Positions 38,201 to 46,847 of a stretch of DNA of 63,592 bases are shown piece after piece. Every line of letters starts with the position of its first letter. Within the stretch, counting starts at the first letter, position 1. The position numbers were made by a program, and so were the translations under genes. The notes below the pieces were generated by a model. The model was not told where the DNA came from. It worked only from the letters and a program-made list of their open reading frames with translations, and did not search any database. The stretch comes from Oculina patagonica (lineage: Eukaryota), in contig NC_135761.1 of NCBI RefSeq assembly GCF_052425735.1, forward strand, positions 63,178,001-63,241,592. Direction: 5' to 3'.

Positions 38201-41200
38201 TTTTCACCAATATGGCCGCCGTTCCTTTGTTTTGGAACACCAATATGGCTGCCGTGACGTCATATGCTCTATAGCATTCATATGTGGTGTTTAAAATAAA
38301 GCGTTCACTTTACACATCTCATCTCCATCTATCTCATGCAAATATGAAAATAATAAACACGTGATCCTCTGGGAAGAGTAAAATTATTAATTTGAACTTA
38401 AAGCGGTGGCAAAAGGACACATTGTTGCTCTTGAGTTTTCTCGGGCGAGCAAACGGAGAAACATTTGTTGTCGACACAAAAGAAACATTTTTTGTGTCCA
38501 CAACAAATGTTGCGCGCCCCGGCAAATAGGGAAACTTTTGTGTCCACAACAATGTTCCGCAACGTTGTGTCCTCGTTTGCCACCTCCTTTAGGGGTAATT
38601 TTTAGTTCAATCATCTGATATTTTATTTGTTTTTCTAATTTGTAGTTTCTACTGAAGGAACACCAACACCCGGTAAGTTAATGGAAAATTATTCTGCATA
38701 GGATTCCCATACAAACACTATTTCATTGCATGTTTGCTTCATTTTATGGGGAGAGGTATTCGCATTATACTCAATTTTTTCTGTTCTTTCTTTTATCAGC
38801 TGTAGAAAATACTCTGGCGCCTCATAAAGGTAAATATCTTGTTTATCTTTCACTTTCGTTGTTTAGACTTATGTTAATAATGACATAACAATAGTCCATT
38901 TCTAAATTGTCTTTAACCTAAATGTCAAAACGAGTTTTCGTGCCAGGCCATTTAAATGAAAATGTTTTAATTCGCACGTTCACTTTCACATAAATTATGT
39001 AAATCTTATTTTCCCGCACGCGTCCTCGAGCATCTGTCTTCGGACAAGAGTTCACATATTTACGAGACCATGAACACTTGCTAGACATAAAGTTTAAAAT
39101 TAAACTTTAGAAACAGTTTTCATCAATTTGGAGAAGTCTGTTTTGAACTAGTAACCACATCTCTAATCTGTACCTCTCAAATTTAACGGACATTCCCATT
39201 AACTGATGTTGACCAAAGTTTTAGTCGAAACTTGTCTTTCAAACTTAAAAACGTTGACCTTTTTCTTTTTATTAATTTGAAATAACTTGTGATTAATCTA
39301 TTGGAGTTCTTGTTTGTTTACAGGAGGCAGGAGTGGCTTGGGAGGAGGTACCATAGCCGGGATTGTGGTGCCGCTGTTACTGCTACCAATACTAGTGGCT
39401 GTTGTTTGTCTGTTTGTTAAAAATAAAAAGAAGAGATACAACCAAGGAGGTAGGAATTCAGCAAATACTGTATACTGTGAGTACCATGCTAGATTTTTAT
39501 TTGTTTTCATCAGCTAACGAAAGCAATATTCAGATAGTGAAGTTATCATGGCCCTCAGTTTTCAGGTTTGATTTTAAACGCAGATGAATGTAAGAAAATA
39601 TATTTTGGATTCCGTCGCTTTACCTTAAAATTTAAGTCACTGCTGTTGTTGTTTTTGTTGATGTTGTTACTGTTATTGGTGGTGGTGGTGTTTTTTTTTT
39701 TTGTGTGTGTGTGTGTGTGTGTGTATGTGTGTGTTGTTTCTTCACACTTTGTTTACGAATAAATACAAAGTTGCGTTTTCACCTGAAAGAAAAAAGCCCA
39801 AAAAACAGCATAAACAAACTAATTAACTGCTACTTATAGAAATGCCTCTTACAAAACATTTGCACATGTAACAATACAATATAATACAATACAAGGGAGT
39901 TACTTTGAAAGTTAACTTTAGACTAACTTTGAGCAATTCTACGCATTGTTATTTTTGTTGTTGTCGCTGACATTGTTTTTTGTTGTTTTGGAGGCCGGCT
40001 TAATGGGGGGGGGGGGGGGGGAGGGGGCACCTGGTCCCATCGGGGGATTGCCAGGCCTCGAGTCGAAGCAAGATCTTGCTTCAGAATTTACTTTTCTTCC
40101 CCGCCTGTGTATGTAGTTGACTGATTTTCTATTTTTTGTCCTTTTCATTACCAGTCCGTCACGGGTTTGTCAACGAAGCGTACGACAACGTAGAATCGAT
40201 GAACATGGCGCCCACTCAGCGAACAGCTCAGCCAGCCAATCAAAGACAAGCACCAACACAACCCTTACCCAGCCAAGAGCCGGTGGCTTACTTTACAAGT
40301 ATAAACTACCGCCTTTTCTTTTTAAATACGAACTTCCTTTTCGGGTTGTGGCTGAACGTATTATTTTTTTAGGCTATTTGAAACCTGAAGATGTTGTTTA
40401 AACCTTTTTACTATAAGAGCGTTTTTCGAGTGACTGTTTTAAACTAAAACCAAAGTTATCACTCTGGCCAATTACAAAGGATATAGACAATTCAGTGAAC
40501 CAAACTCGAAGCAACGGAAAAGCGCGTGAGAGTAATTGACGATCGATTGGTTTTGATTTTACTTGATTGAATGAGAAAGTAGCGCGAGTTTTTTTAAACC
40601 AATCACTAATGCCAATTCAAAGCAAACATGAATTACTTTCAACACCAAAGTGAATTTGTTTTGTTCTTTTTCAAATTTCAACCTTGAGTACGCTCTAAAC
40701 GTAAATTTTATTTTTATGCCCTTTGCAGCCTCAACGCTTCTGTGGGATGCTAATCCATCGCAGGTTACTCCAAGCATTCTGTTATGAAGGTTGCCTCAAC
40801 AGCGAAACATTTTGTTCGTTGTGACTAGTTTTAACGTAGCCAGTTCGTTGTTGACATGAAAATACCCGGTGAAATTTTTTAAAACTGGCCGGAACTTCGA
40901 GATTTCTTCGTTACCATCGCATGTTCATGGACGCGAGGCCACTAAACCGGTTGCACAATACATTTTTGTGCTAATTTGTGCATACCAGAAAAAAAAAGCA
41001 GTTCTTGGAAACCACTTGCCCTGGGGCGGATCTAGAGGGAGGGTGTATGTAGGGGCAGGGGGTGCGCAGCCCCACGCCCCGAGATGTTTGAACTTTCCAA
41101 GCACTTACTAATCATCGTCTTTTATTTCTTCAGCTGCTCCGCCTCCATACAGCCAGGCCGCCCCTGGGAGTGTTTATTTTGTACCTTTCGCCGCAGGCCC

Positions 41201-43278
41201 GGGGGGTGGAATGGCCCCTGTAGTGATCGACAACCCCGGATATGCTCAACTATACACAGCTCCTCCTGCTTACGAACCCACCGCGCGTGCAGCAGCGGCC
41301 GGGACGACTTCAACGGGGATTGGGTCGGTAACCAGTCTGCGAGAAGCTGCCAGGGATGACGGGTAAATATTCTGACTGGTGTTTTTTTTTTTACATTAAG
41401 TGTACGCTAAATGTGATGATTTTAAGTTTCAAGTGACATGTATTAAGTTCGAACGAAAGCCCTTAGCTGCAGCTGCGAAGCTAGAATGTTTTTGGGAGTG
41501 AGTTTACTTCTGCTTTCAGTGTTACGTGCATAGCGGCTTTCTATCGACACCCGTCTTTTGACGTGCTAGACACCAAGAGTGATCGAAATCGTCAATCACA
41601 GCCCACCAGCATGGTTGCTGGGCTCATTTGCATGAAACGCACAACGTATGCATCGGTTTTAATTGGCCCATTTCAAACAGCACGTCAAAAGATAATGTTG
41701 AAAAATGTATGCAGAAAGATAGCTATGCACGTAACACTGAAATCAGGTGTAAGCTGGTCCTTGGAGCATTCGTATCCTCGTTAAAGATGTTCAACGGCGA
41801 CAGCGCCAACATTTGTTTTGTTAACATGCCGTAGAAAGTCAGAAGGAGCTAGTATATCACGCACTTTTAAACACAAATAAATAATAAAATGACACAACGA
41901 AGTGTGGATGGTCCAAACTGGACTTTATTGTAATGGACTGAACATTTATAACAATGGATTAGCGAAATGTATTTTTGATTTCATTTTTTTTTTATTTCAC
42001 TGCTAAATATATTTCGTTTATGGATGTTCTTCCTTCCTTTTCTTCTTGCAGCGCCGCAGTACCAAATGGCAACATTGCACCAGGTACTTTATTTCAAGAT
42101 TACAGATATGACATTTATGTTTTTACCATACAGTAAACACCCGCGTATAAGAACCTAGAAATTTTAGGTTCAGGCTGAATGGGTTCTTATATTTTGGGGT
42201 AGTTTTTCCGAACTCAGGCTGATTAGGTTCTTAGAAGGTTCTTATTTGTAGGAGTTGTCATAGTGATACCATTCAGAGAGCTACTGTTTTATACAGTATT
42301 CTATACTCTGTATTTAAAAGATTTTCAATTAAACAAACAATTTCCATGGTGTTTCTCAGAAATTTCACAATTTCTATCAATTAAAATCCAGTATTTTGGC
42401 TACAAAATAAGAGTGTTTTTTTTGTATAAGAACCTATTGTTCTTTGCCAGCCTAAATAGGTTCTTATATATTTGGGTATTAAAATGCCCAATTTCAGCCT
42501 GTAGGTTCTTAAATCACTAGGTTCTTATACGCGGGTGTTTACTGTATGGCTGAGTGGTAATTAACGTCTTTAATCTCATATTGTCTCTGTTTAGCGGCAG
42601 TTGCAGTACCGCTAGCCAGAGCGGTCCTTCCTCCCATCCGGGGTACCCACGGGGCGGCCGAAGGAGAGAAAAAGCACGTTCCCCAGGGGGATGAAGCCGG
42701 TGAGTTAAATGTCACAGGAAGAAGAGAAACAGTTTTAATTTAGTCTACATTGCTAATAGTGTTAGTTCAATTGTTTGCCTGTTGTTGTAACTTTATTCAG
42801 GTTTAGATTTCAGACTTTTTTTATTTGCACTATTCACAAGAATCACACAACAATTGAATTAAAATATCAGCGAAGAACATACATAAATCATTGTTTACAT
42901 TATCACTGTTAATTCATAGGCCCTCTCCCTGAAAAAGCTCCGCTGACTGTTCCAACTCCAGCCGAGCCGACGGCTCCCCCCAGGCCACCATCAGCTGGTT
43001 CCCAAGTCCGCGTGGTTTCACCGGTCCCCGCATTGGAAGAACAGTTTAACGAACCGATTCCATTTGAGTTCCTTTGTCCAATCACAAACAAGATCATGAA
43101 GGATCCCGTCACTGCTGCCGATGGTTATAATTACGAGCGAAAAGCCATTCGTCGCTGGTTCCGCAAAAAGCGAAGCAGCCCGATGAATAACGAGACCTTG
43201 ACGGATTTGGAAGTTCGGCCGAACGACGAGCTACGAAGCCGAATCGAAAATTTTGTGAGCGAGCATTCGGAGGTGTGA
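7698..43278 (+). CDS. Multi-exon type-I membrane receptor: SP-LRRNT/LRRCT-furin site-MAM-SRCR-LDLa-MAM-LDLa-MAM-SRCRx3-WSC-CUBx2-S/T stalk-TM-PPxY/NPxY tail-U-box (~2053 aa)
   Basis: 41 manually joined GT-AG exons, every junction phase-compatible, total 6162 nt (divisible by 3, ends TGA): 7698-7858, 11039-11208, 11893-11931, 12406-12459, 12836-12979, 13319-13428, 13621-13782, 14562-14649, 14752-14916, 15140-15283, 15632-15883, 18859-18969, 19742-19926, 20557-20653, 20750-20866, 21455-21610, 22035-22135, 24257-24439, 24568-24658, 25106-25441, 26602-26916, 27481-27801, 28024-28092, 28462-28556, 28973-29072, 29487-29537, 30043-30240, 30951-31142, 32040-32129, 32925-33287, 34604-34753, 35562-35639, 36793-36987, 38646-38672, 38800-38829, 39324-39476, 40155-40298, 41134-41362, 42052-42083, 42595-42699, 42920-43278. 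Domains recognised from consensus motifs. The low-complexity linker exons are the least certain. Confidence 0.85.
11039..11208 (+). CDS. Receptor exon 2: LRR C-terminal cap (LRRCT)
   Basis: [20 protein letters not shown]...[24 protein letters not shown] matches the N-x-L-x-CDC...C-x-x-P...G...L...C LRRCT pattern; polypyrimidine acceptor and gtaag donor. Confidence 0.85.
11893..12459 (+). CDS. Receptor exons 3-4 (11893-11931, 12406-12459): furin-type site RKRR and an N-glycosylated linker
   Basis: [13 protein letters not shown] then [18 protein letters not shown]; both exons are symmetric phase 1-1 with good splice sites. Confidence 0.7.
12836..14649 (+). CDS. MAM domain 1 (exons 12836-12979, 13319-13428, 13621-13782, 14562-14649)
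   Basis: [10 protein letters not shown]...[20 protein letters not shown]...GYYIYIETS...ARLVSP...[12 protein letters not shown]...[10 protein letters not shown], the MAM consensus. Confidence 0.93.
13881..14054. repeat. Intronic inverted-repeat element
   Basis: atcaaacacaagagagtgtttca...tgaaacactctctctcgagtgtttgaaat imperfect inverted termini. Confidence 0.5.
14752..15283 (+). CDS. SRCR domain 1 (exons 14752-14916, 15140-15283)
   Basis: [26 protein letters not shown]...VACSELG...[13 protein letters not shown]. Confidence 0.92.
15632..20653 (+). CDS. LDL-receptor class A repeat 1 plus MAM domain 2 (exons 15632-15883, 18859-18969, 19742-19926, 20557-20653)
   Basis: [23 protein letters not shown], then [11 protein letters not shown]...TPSHYTGPSSDH...YLYMEVS...[15 protein letters not shown]...[10 protein letters not shown]. 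Confidence 0.93.
15919..18211. mobile_element. ~2.3-kb non-autonomous DNA transposon in receptor intron 11
   Basis: TIR tcgggggttgaagcggaata / tattccgcttcaacccccga; tgtaaaa duplicated at 15912-15918 and 18212-18218; subterminal ggaataatgaatatt-type repeats at both ends; no intact transposase. Confidence 0.8.
19437..19644. mobile_element. MITE with internal gcaagcacaagc repeats
   Basis: TIR agcttggttttcactagcgacgcaagcacaagcgcaa / ttgcgcttgtgcttgcgtcactagtgaaaaccaggct. Confidence 0.75.
20750..20866 (+). CDS. LDL-receptor class A repeat 2
   Basis: [36 protein letters not shown]: six Cys and the DxSDE motif. Confidence 0.93.
21023..21325 (+). mobile_element. Full-length tRNA-derived SINE with 13-bp TSD
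   Basis: A box ggtggccaaatgg, B box gggttcaagccc, body cttgggcaagacacttta..., T-rich tail; ttccttgtggtag repeated at 21010-21022 and 21326-21338. Confidence 0.88.
21455..24658 (+). CDS. MAM domain 3 (exons 21455-21610, 22035-22135, 24257-24439, 24568-24658)
   Basis: [10 protein letters not shown]...TGPLYDHS...GYYLYIEAS...ARIISP...LRFYYHM...GNQGNQW...[10 protein letters not shown]. Confidence 0.93.
22519..24160. mobile_element. PIF/Harbinger-like non-autonomous element (TTA TSD) carrying a nested insertion
   Basis: TIR gggtgcgtttctttgggaaaaatc / gattttctcaaagaaacgcaccc; TTA on both flanks (22516-22518, 24161-24163). Confidence 0.82.
22802..23687. mobile_element. Nested non-autonomous DNA element with CAG(A/G)GGCGGATC termini
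   Basis: cagaggcggatc...gatccgcccctg, with tttag duplicated on both sides and tgcaacc-polyC near both ends; a short relative lies at ~32187-32345. Confidence 0.75.
25106..25441 (+). CDS. SRCR domain 2 (single exon, six Cys)
   Basis: VRLTDG...[20 protein letters not shown]...VVCNQLG...[12 protein letters not shown]...[21 protein letters not shown]. Confidence 0.95.
25874..26392 (-). mobile_element. 5'-truncated LINE (CR1/L2-like group): ORF2 C-terminus, 3' UTR and (TATCTT)n tail
   Basis: ORF 26052-26408 [22 protein letters not shown]...[34 protein letters not shown] is typical of a non-LTR RT C-terminus; the microsatellite tail reads (aagata)n at 25874-25890 on the + strand. Confidence 0.85.
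26602..26916 (+). CDS. SRCR domain 3 (single exon)
   Basis: LRLRDG...[33 protein letters not shown]...[11 protein letters not shown]...AGVIC. Confidence 0.93.
27481..27801 (+). CDS. SRCR domain 4 (single exon)
   Basis: IRLRGG...[20 protein letters not shown]...[12 protein letters not shown]...[11 protein letters not shown]. Confidence 0.95.
28024..29072 (+). CDS. WSC domain (exons 28024-28092, 28462-28556, 28973-29072)
   Basis: YVGCYTD...[29 protein letters not shown]...[22 protein letters not shown], the WSC consensus. Confidence 0.92.
29643..30017. mobile_element. Tc1/mariner (pogo-like) MITE, TA TSD
   Basis: TA|cagtaaaaacccgcgagtaagaacc...ggttcttactcgcgggtttttactg|TA, a perfect 25-bp TIR. 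Confidence 0.88.
30043..31142 (+). CDS. CUB domain 1 (exons 30043-30240, 30951-31142)
   Basis: C...[13 protein letters not shown]...CIWVL...ITFKSF...DYIEIRDG...[23 protein letters not shown]. Confidence 0.9.
31330..31980. repeat. Degenerate ~25-30-bp tandem repeat interrupted by a ~190-bp inverted-repeat element (31660-31845)
   Basis: Recurrent (a)aaggccaatagagg(t/c)acac units; the insert has tatgtccaggattgaacgc / gcgttcaatcctggacata termini. Confidence 0.6.
32925..33287 (+). CDS. CUB domain 2 (single exon)
   Basis: CG...[22 protein letters not shown]...DSLQVDDG...[20 protein letters not shown]. Confidence 0.92.
34604..38829 (+). CDS. Ser/Thr-rich mucin-like stalk exons (34604-34753, 35562-35639, 36793-36987, 38646-38672, 38800-38829)
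   Basis: All phase 1-1 with canonical splice sites. Translations: [17 protein letters not shown] (15-bp coding repeat); [13 protein letters not shown]; [15 protein letters not shown]; VSTEGTPTP; [10 protein letters not shown]. Confidence 0.65.
38094..38272. repeat. Short interspersed inverted-repeat element
   Basis: atagagtgttttcactcatgtgac...gtgacgtcatatgctctat, with two caatatggc(c/t)gcc motifs inside. Confidence 0.5.
38400..38590. mobile_element. Harbinger-like MITE
   Basis: aaagcggtggcaaaaggacacattgttgc / gcaacgttgtgtcctcgtttgccacctccttt imperfect TIR in a TTA/TAA context. Confidence 0.65.
39324..39476 (+). CDS. Transmembrane exon of the receptor
   Basis: [28 protein letters not shown] followed by the basic stop-transfer KNKKKR; donor gtgagt at 39477 (alternative in-phase donor at 39450). 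Confidence 0.9.
39703..39733. repeat. (GT)n microsatellite
   Basis: Direct reading of the sequence. Confidence 0.9.
40155..42699 (+). CDS. Cytoplasmic Pro/Ala-rich tail exons (40155-40298, 41134-41362, 42052-42083, 42595-42699)
   Basis: Open and phase-compatible; contains GFVNEAY, APPPY, DNPGY and APPAY. Confidence 0.75.
42131..42544. mobile_element. Tc1/mariner (pogo-like) MITE, TA TSD, related to 29643-30017
   Basis: TA|cagtaaacacccgcgtataagaacctag...ctaggttcttatacgcgggtgtttactg|TA. Confidence 0.88.
42920..43278 (+). CDS. Terminal exon: U-box E3 ubiquitin ligase domain plus C-terminal SEV
   Basis: [67 protein letters not shown] fits the U-box consensus P-x-x-F-L-C-P-I-T-x-x-x-M-x-D-P-V...G-x-x-Y-E-R-x-A-I-x-x-W...S-P-M...P-N-x-x-L. 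Confidence 0.93.
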
Positions 43279-45702
43279 CGTTTTAATGTGTGAGTGTAAA
43301 AAGCGTGAAACGATATTTTTTCTTTATTTTTTAGCAACGTTTTTGTTATTATTTGTTATTATAAGTTTGTTTTGGTGTGGTAAAAAACTTATCTCTAGTG
43401 TTGGCTCAAACTTGTGTGTCATGGCCAGTCTGATCGTAGATTTTAATAGACTTTATCCTTATTCCTCAATGGCCCTTGTGTGCTTACCAAACTGGTTACT
43501 GACTTCATGTTGACTGTCACGAATGCGCCCTGTCATTACACCACTACTGGGGGTACAACCGTACTAACAGTCAGTGTCGAGAAAGCGAAAACCGCCAGCA
43601 ATTTCTCCCAAATTACAAGTGTTTCTATTTGACTCATTCTCTTTATATGATCTCAAGAAATGTTACACTTTGAATTCAGCAAAAAAGTGGACCGTTTGGT
43701 GGAAATAAGGATGTCGTCTATTATCTTATGCTAGTTAATTTGACACATTATATTTGCTTTTAGTCTAAAATTAAGTTCTTAAACAGTTTTGCTATGTTGC
43801 TACTAAAAAACATAAATAGAATTAGATATTATTTTCGCAGTGATTTGATAAACGTCAATGGCTGTTCCCAATGGTTGAATGACTAGTTTTATCCCAGTCT
43901 TCTATGATGTTTTTCAATTACGTATGGACTGGGTACAAATTAATCATGTCGTCATATAGAAAATACTAAAAATGGCGATTCTGAAAAAGGAGATTTTGTT
44001 ACTGGTAAATCTAAAACCTTTTAATGGAACAATAATTACGGAATGATTAGCAACATTTCCATATCGGGGAGTGCCTTTTTGTTTTGAAAGGTGAAAATAG
44101 ATATATACAGTTTTTATAAGTTCGCCTCTTTGGAAAGTTTGGTTTGAGTCGAATTTTTGCTGAGATGATGAAATTGATTATTCTCATTATCCACTTGTTT
44201 GCATTTGTAATAACGTAGTAAAGAGAAATGCTAAACTGATCACTGGTGCAGCTGATTAACACCTGCAAAACACCCAGTACACCTGGTACGGGTAACTAAG
44301 GGTAAATTCTAGAATTTGTTTTTGGCTGTTATTTACCGTTTAACGCGCAGGAGCGATTTAATAAGGCATACTCTATTTTCCTGTTGAATCAATATTCCGC
44401 GCATAAGATGAAAGTACGAGAAAGAAGCAGACATTTACCCTACATTTACTACAAGTATTTTTGTAAGAAAAACGACAGCGGTTTTCGTGTGACTGTTGAA
44501 TGTTGATTTATGTTTTGCGATTGCTTAGTTCAGCTCTCTTGTTGGCTGAATAAAAAGGTGTACAGCTTGCTCTAACCGATTAGACCAAAGAATCCTGTTG
44601 TTTTAACCAATCAGGAACAAACCTGAACATGTCGGAATTTTGGCTAGGTGCGTTTTTCCCGCGCCTGGAACCGGTTGCATGTTTGTTTGATTTGAGTGTG
44701 TTGTGTTCGGTTAAGTGATTCCTTTGGTTTTTGTTGCACGACAGTCATCAGAAAACCGCTATGTCAGCTGCGTGAAGTGTGCACGATTTCTCTCGTAATA
44801 CTGTATATTGATTATACTGAAATATGTTTTACTTGCAGGTTGAGACTCTCAGCCTTAATTTGAGTTCACTTCAGTTAAACAGAATTAAGAGAAAACAATT
44901 TTTAAAATTTAAAATCAGAAATTTAGTTTACACAGAATCAAAATAGAATCCTAGCGACCTGAGGTACAGGATTCGAACTTTCAGGTCAGCGTAGCGAGTG
45001 AGCAGTAAGCAATATTGTGGAAAACGCAACTTTAAATTATTGTAGTCTGTTGCCCTAAGCAACAGAGAGAGTGCTTTGATTAGAGATATTTTGTCATCGT
45101 AAACCAGACGTATTTTGGTTAAAAATATACAGAAGCAGTCCGTGTTGAGGAACAAGGAAAATATTTGAATCTCGTCAAGTTTCTGGTATCCCAAATATTT
45201 TGCTAGATTCTGCGTGTAGCAGAATATATAAAGAGGTCAATACGCTCGAAATACTACTTCTTGTCATATTTATGACATAATGTAGACAAATTAAGTAGTT
45301 TTCTTAAGTTATTTGTTGACAGAATGTTGTGTTTGTTTGGTGTTTTTTGATTTTATAGCCCAAAGGCATTATTTGTCGGCAATCAATCGTGTACATATAC
45401 TACAATGCCTTTCATAAGGCAAATATGATCATTTAATTAAAGATATCTTCTTAAATACACAATCAGTCATTGTTTATTGTCTGTCCTTCAACCTCTTCTA
45501 ATTTCTTCTAACCCATTCCCCTTTCAAGCAAATATGCCTTACAGGACTAACATCACTTACACTGGCAAAACTTTTAATACGCCTGTTTATAATCCATCTC
45601 GATCTACCCCAGTCTTCAGTAAACTGTTATTTTGAAGTTTCTGACGACCTATTTGAAGATAATTTAGTACCTTTTCGTACCTCCCCAAGAAAGGATTTCT
45701 TA

Positions 45703-45980
45703 TAGAGCGATTGTCGATCAAGTGTCGTAACACCAAAACCCCAAAAATCACTGGCCAATCGCAAATGTGCGGCGCTCAGCATGCGATCCAGTAAACCAAT
45801 CAAAATTAGGAGCAAGTACATGTAGCCGGCGTAAAAAGCGGGAAACGTGTGTGAGCGAGTCGTGATTGGTTTTGGTCTTACTAGAAAGTGGCGCGGAATT
45901 TTTAACAAATCACTGAGCGTAGTAATGCAAATCCAAAGCAAAGACGAACTATTCTCGACACCCGAGTGAAAAACGCTCTG
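45703..45980. repeat. Interspersed 'tagagcg...ccaatc...gattgg...cgctct' repeat family member
   Basis: Palindromic layout with ccaatc/gattgg motifs; degenerate relatives near 12180-12340, 40415-40660 and 44560-44760. Confidence 0.55.
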
Positions 45981-46847
45981 TACAACCATTATTCTTTTTA
46001 TTAGGAGTTGCTGTTAGCAATTATGTGCTGCGAAGTAGTTAAAAAAATTCATAATTATGACGCGGAAGTTCAGGAAGTGCGTGGATTTTCACATAACCCC
46101 ATTTGTTTATAGATAGTTGTGTTAGGTAATGCTTAATCACGCACGTGCACAATCGCCGTATTTAAAGATCCCTTTGCTTAGGGTTTCGGGGCATTTCGAA
46201 AGAGATACGCAAGCCGGGAAGTCCGGGCGAATTTTCGACCCTCCCACCTCCCCTTCGGCGACGTAATAGACAACTATAGTGCTTTCTCACCCAGTCGCTC
46301 ATTGCCTCGGCCACAATCTTTCCCCATACCTTATCCACGCCGGACAATGAGCGGCATAATTAATGAGTGAGAATGGTATACTATTTTCGCACAGGCCCCG
46401 CGGGAGTGAAAAACGCTCTGTACAACCACTCTGTGGTCTTCGGTTAAAAGTGTGTCGCAGCCGGAATATAGATGTGGATGAATGAATGAGTTCAAACAAT
46501 GCTTTCTTTTATTAAGGGAAAACTTTAATTATATTTCAAACTTTGTTCAAGAGAGCAAAAACCTTTATTTTTCTATTTACATTCATAATGTATAAAGAAA
46601 GACGAGAACCAAAAATAATTAAAAGCTGCTACCTTTTGTCATAAATTAATAATCACCGCTCAATTCTTGTTATTAGTTTTTTGGCCAATTGAAGAATATA
46701 CCAGTATAAACTATCTCAATTCAATTTTCAGACAGTAAACGTCGAGGAACAAAGGAGACAAAATATATACAATAATAAAATTCAATTGAAGTCTTTTGAT
46801 TCCGGAGAAAACTATCTTTAGCATTTTGTCGCTATTTCAGTGTTATT

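Noticed and set aside
7698-43278. Naming the receptor MALRD1, DMBT1, Kremen or WDSUB1
   Set aside because: It shares individual domains with each but matches none in architecture; no symbol assigned.
45964-46428. 25-bp direct repeat gagtgaaaaacgctctgtacaacca at ~45964 and ~46404
   Set aside because: Overlaps the end of a common repeat; no element structure found between the copies, so likely a local duplication.
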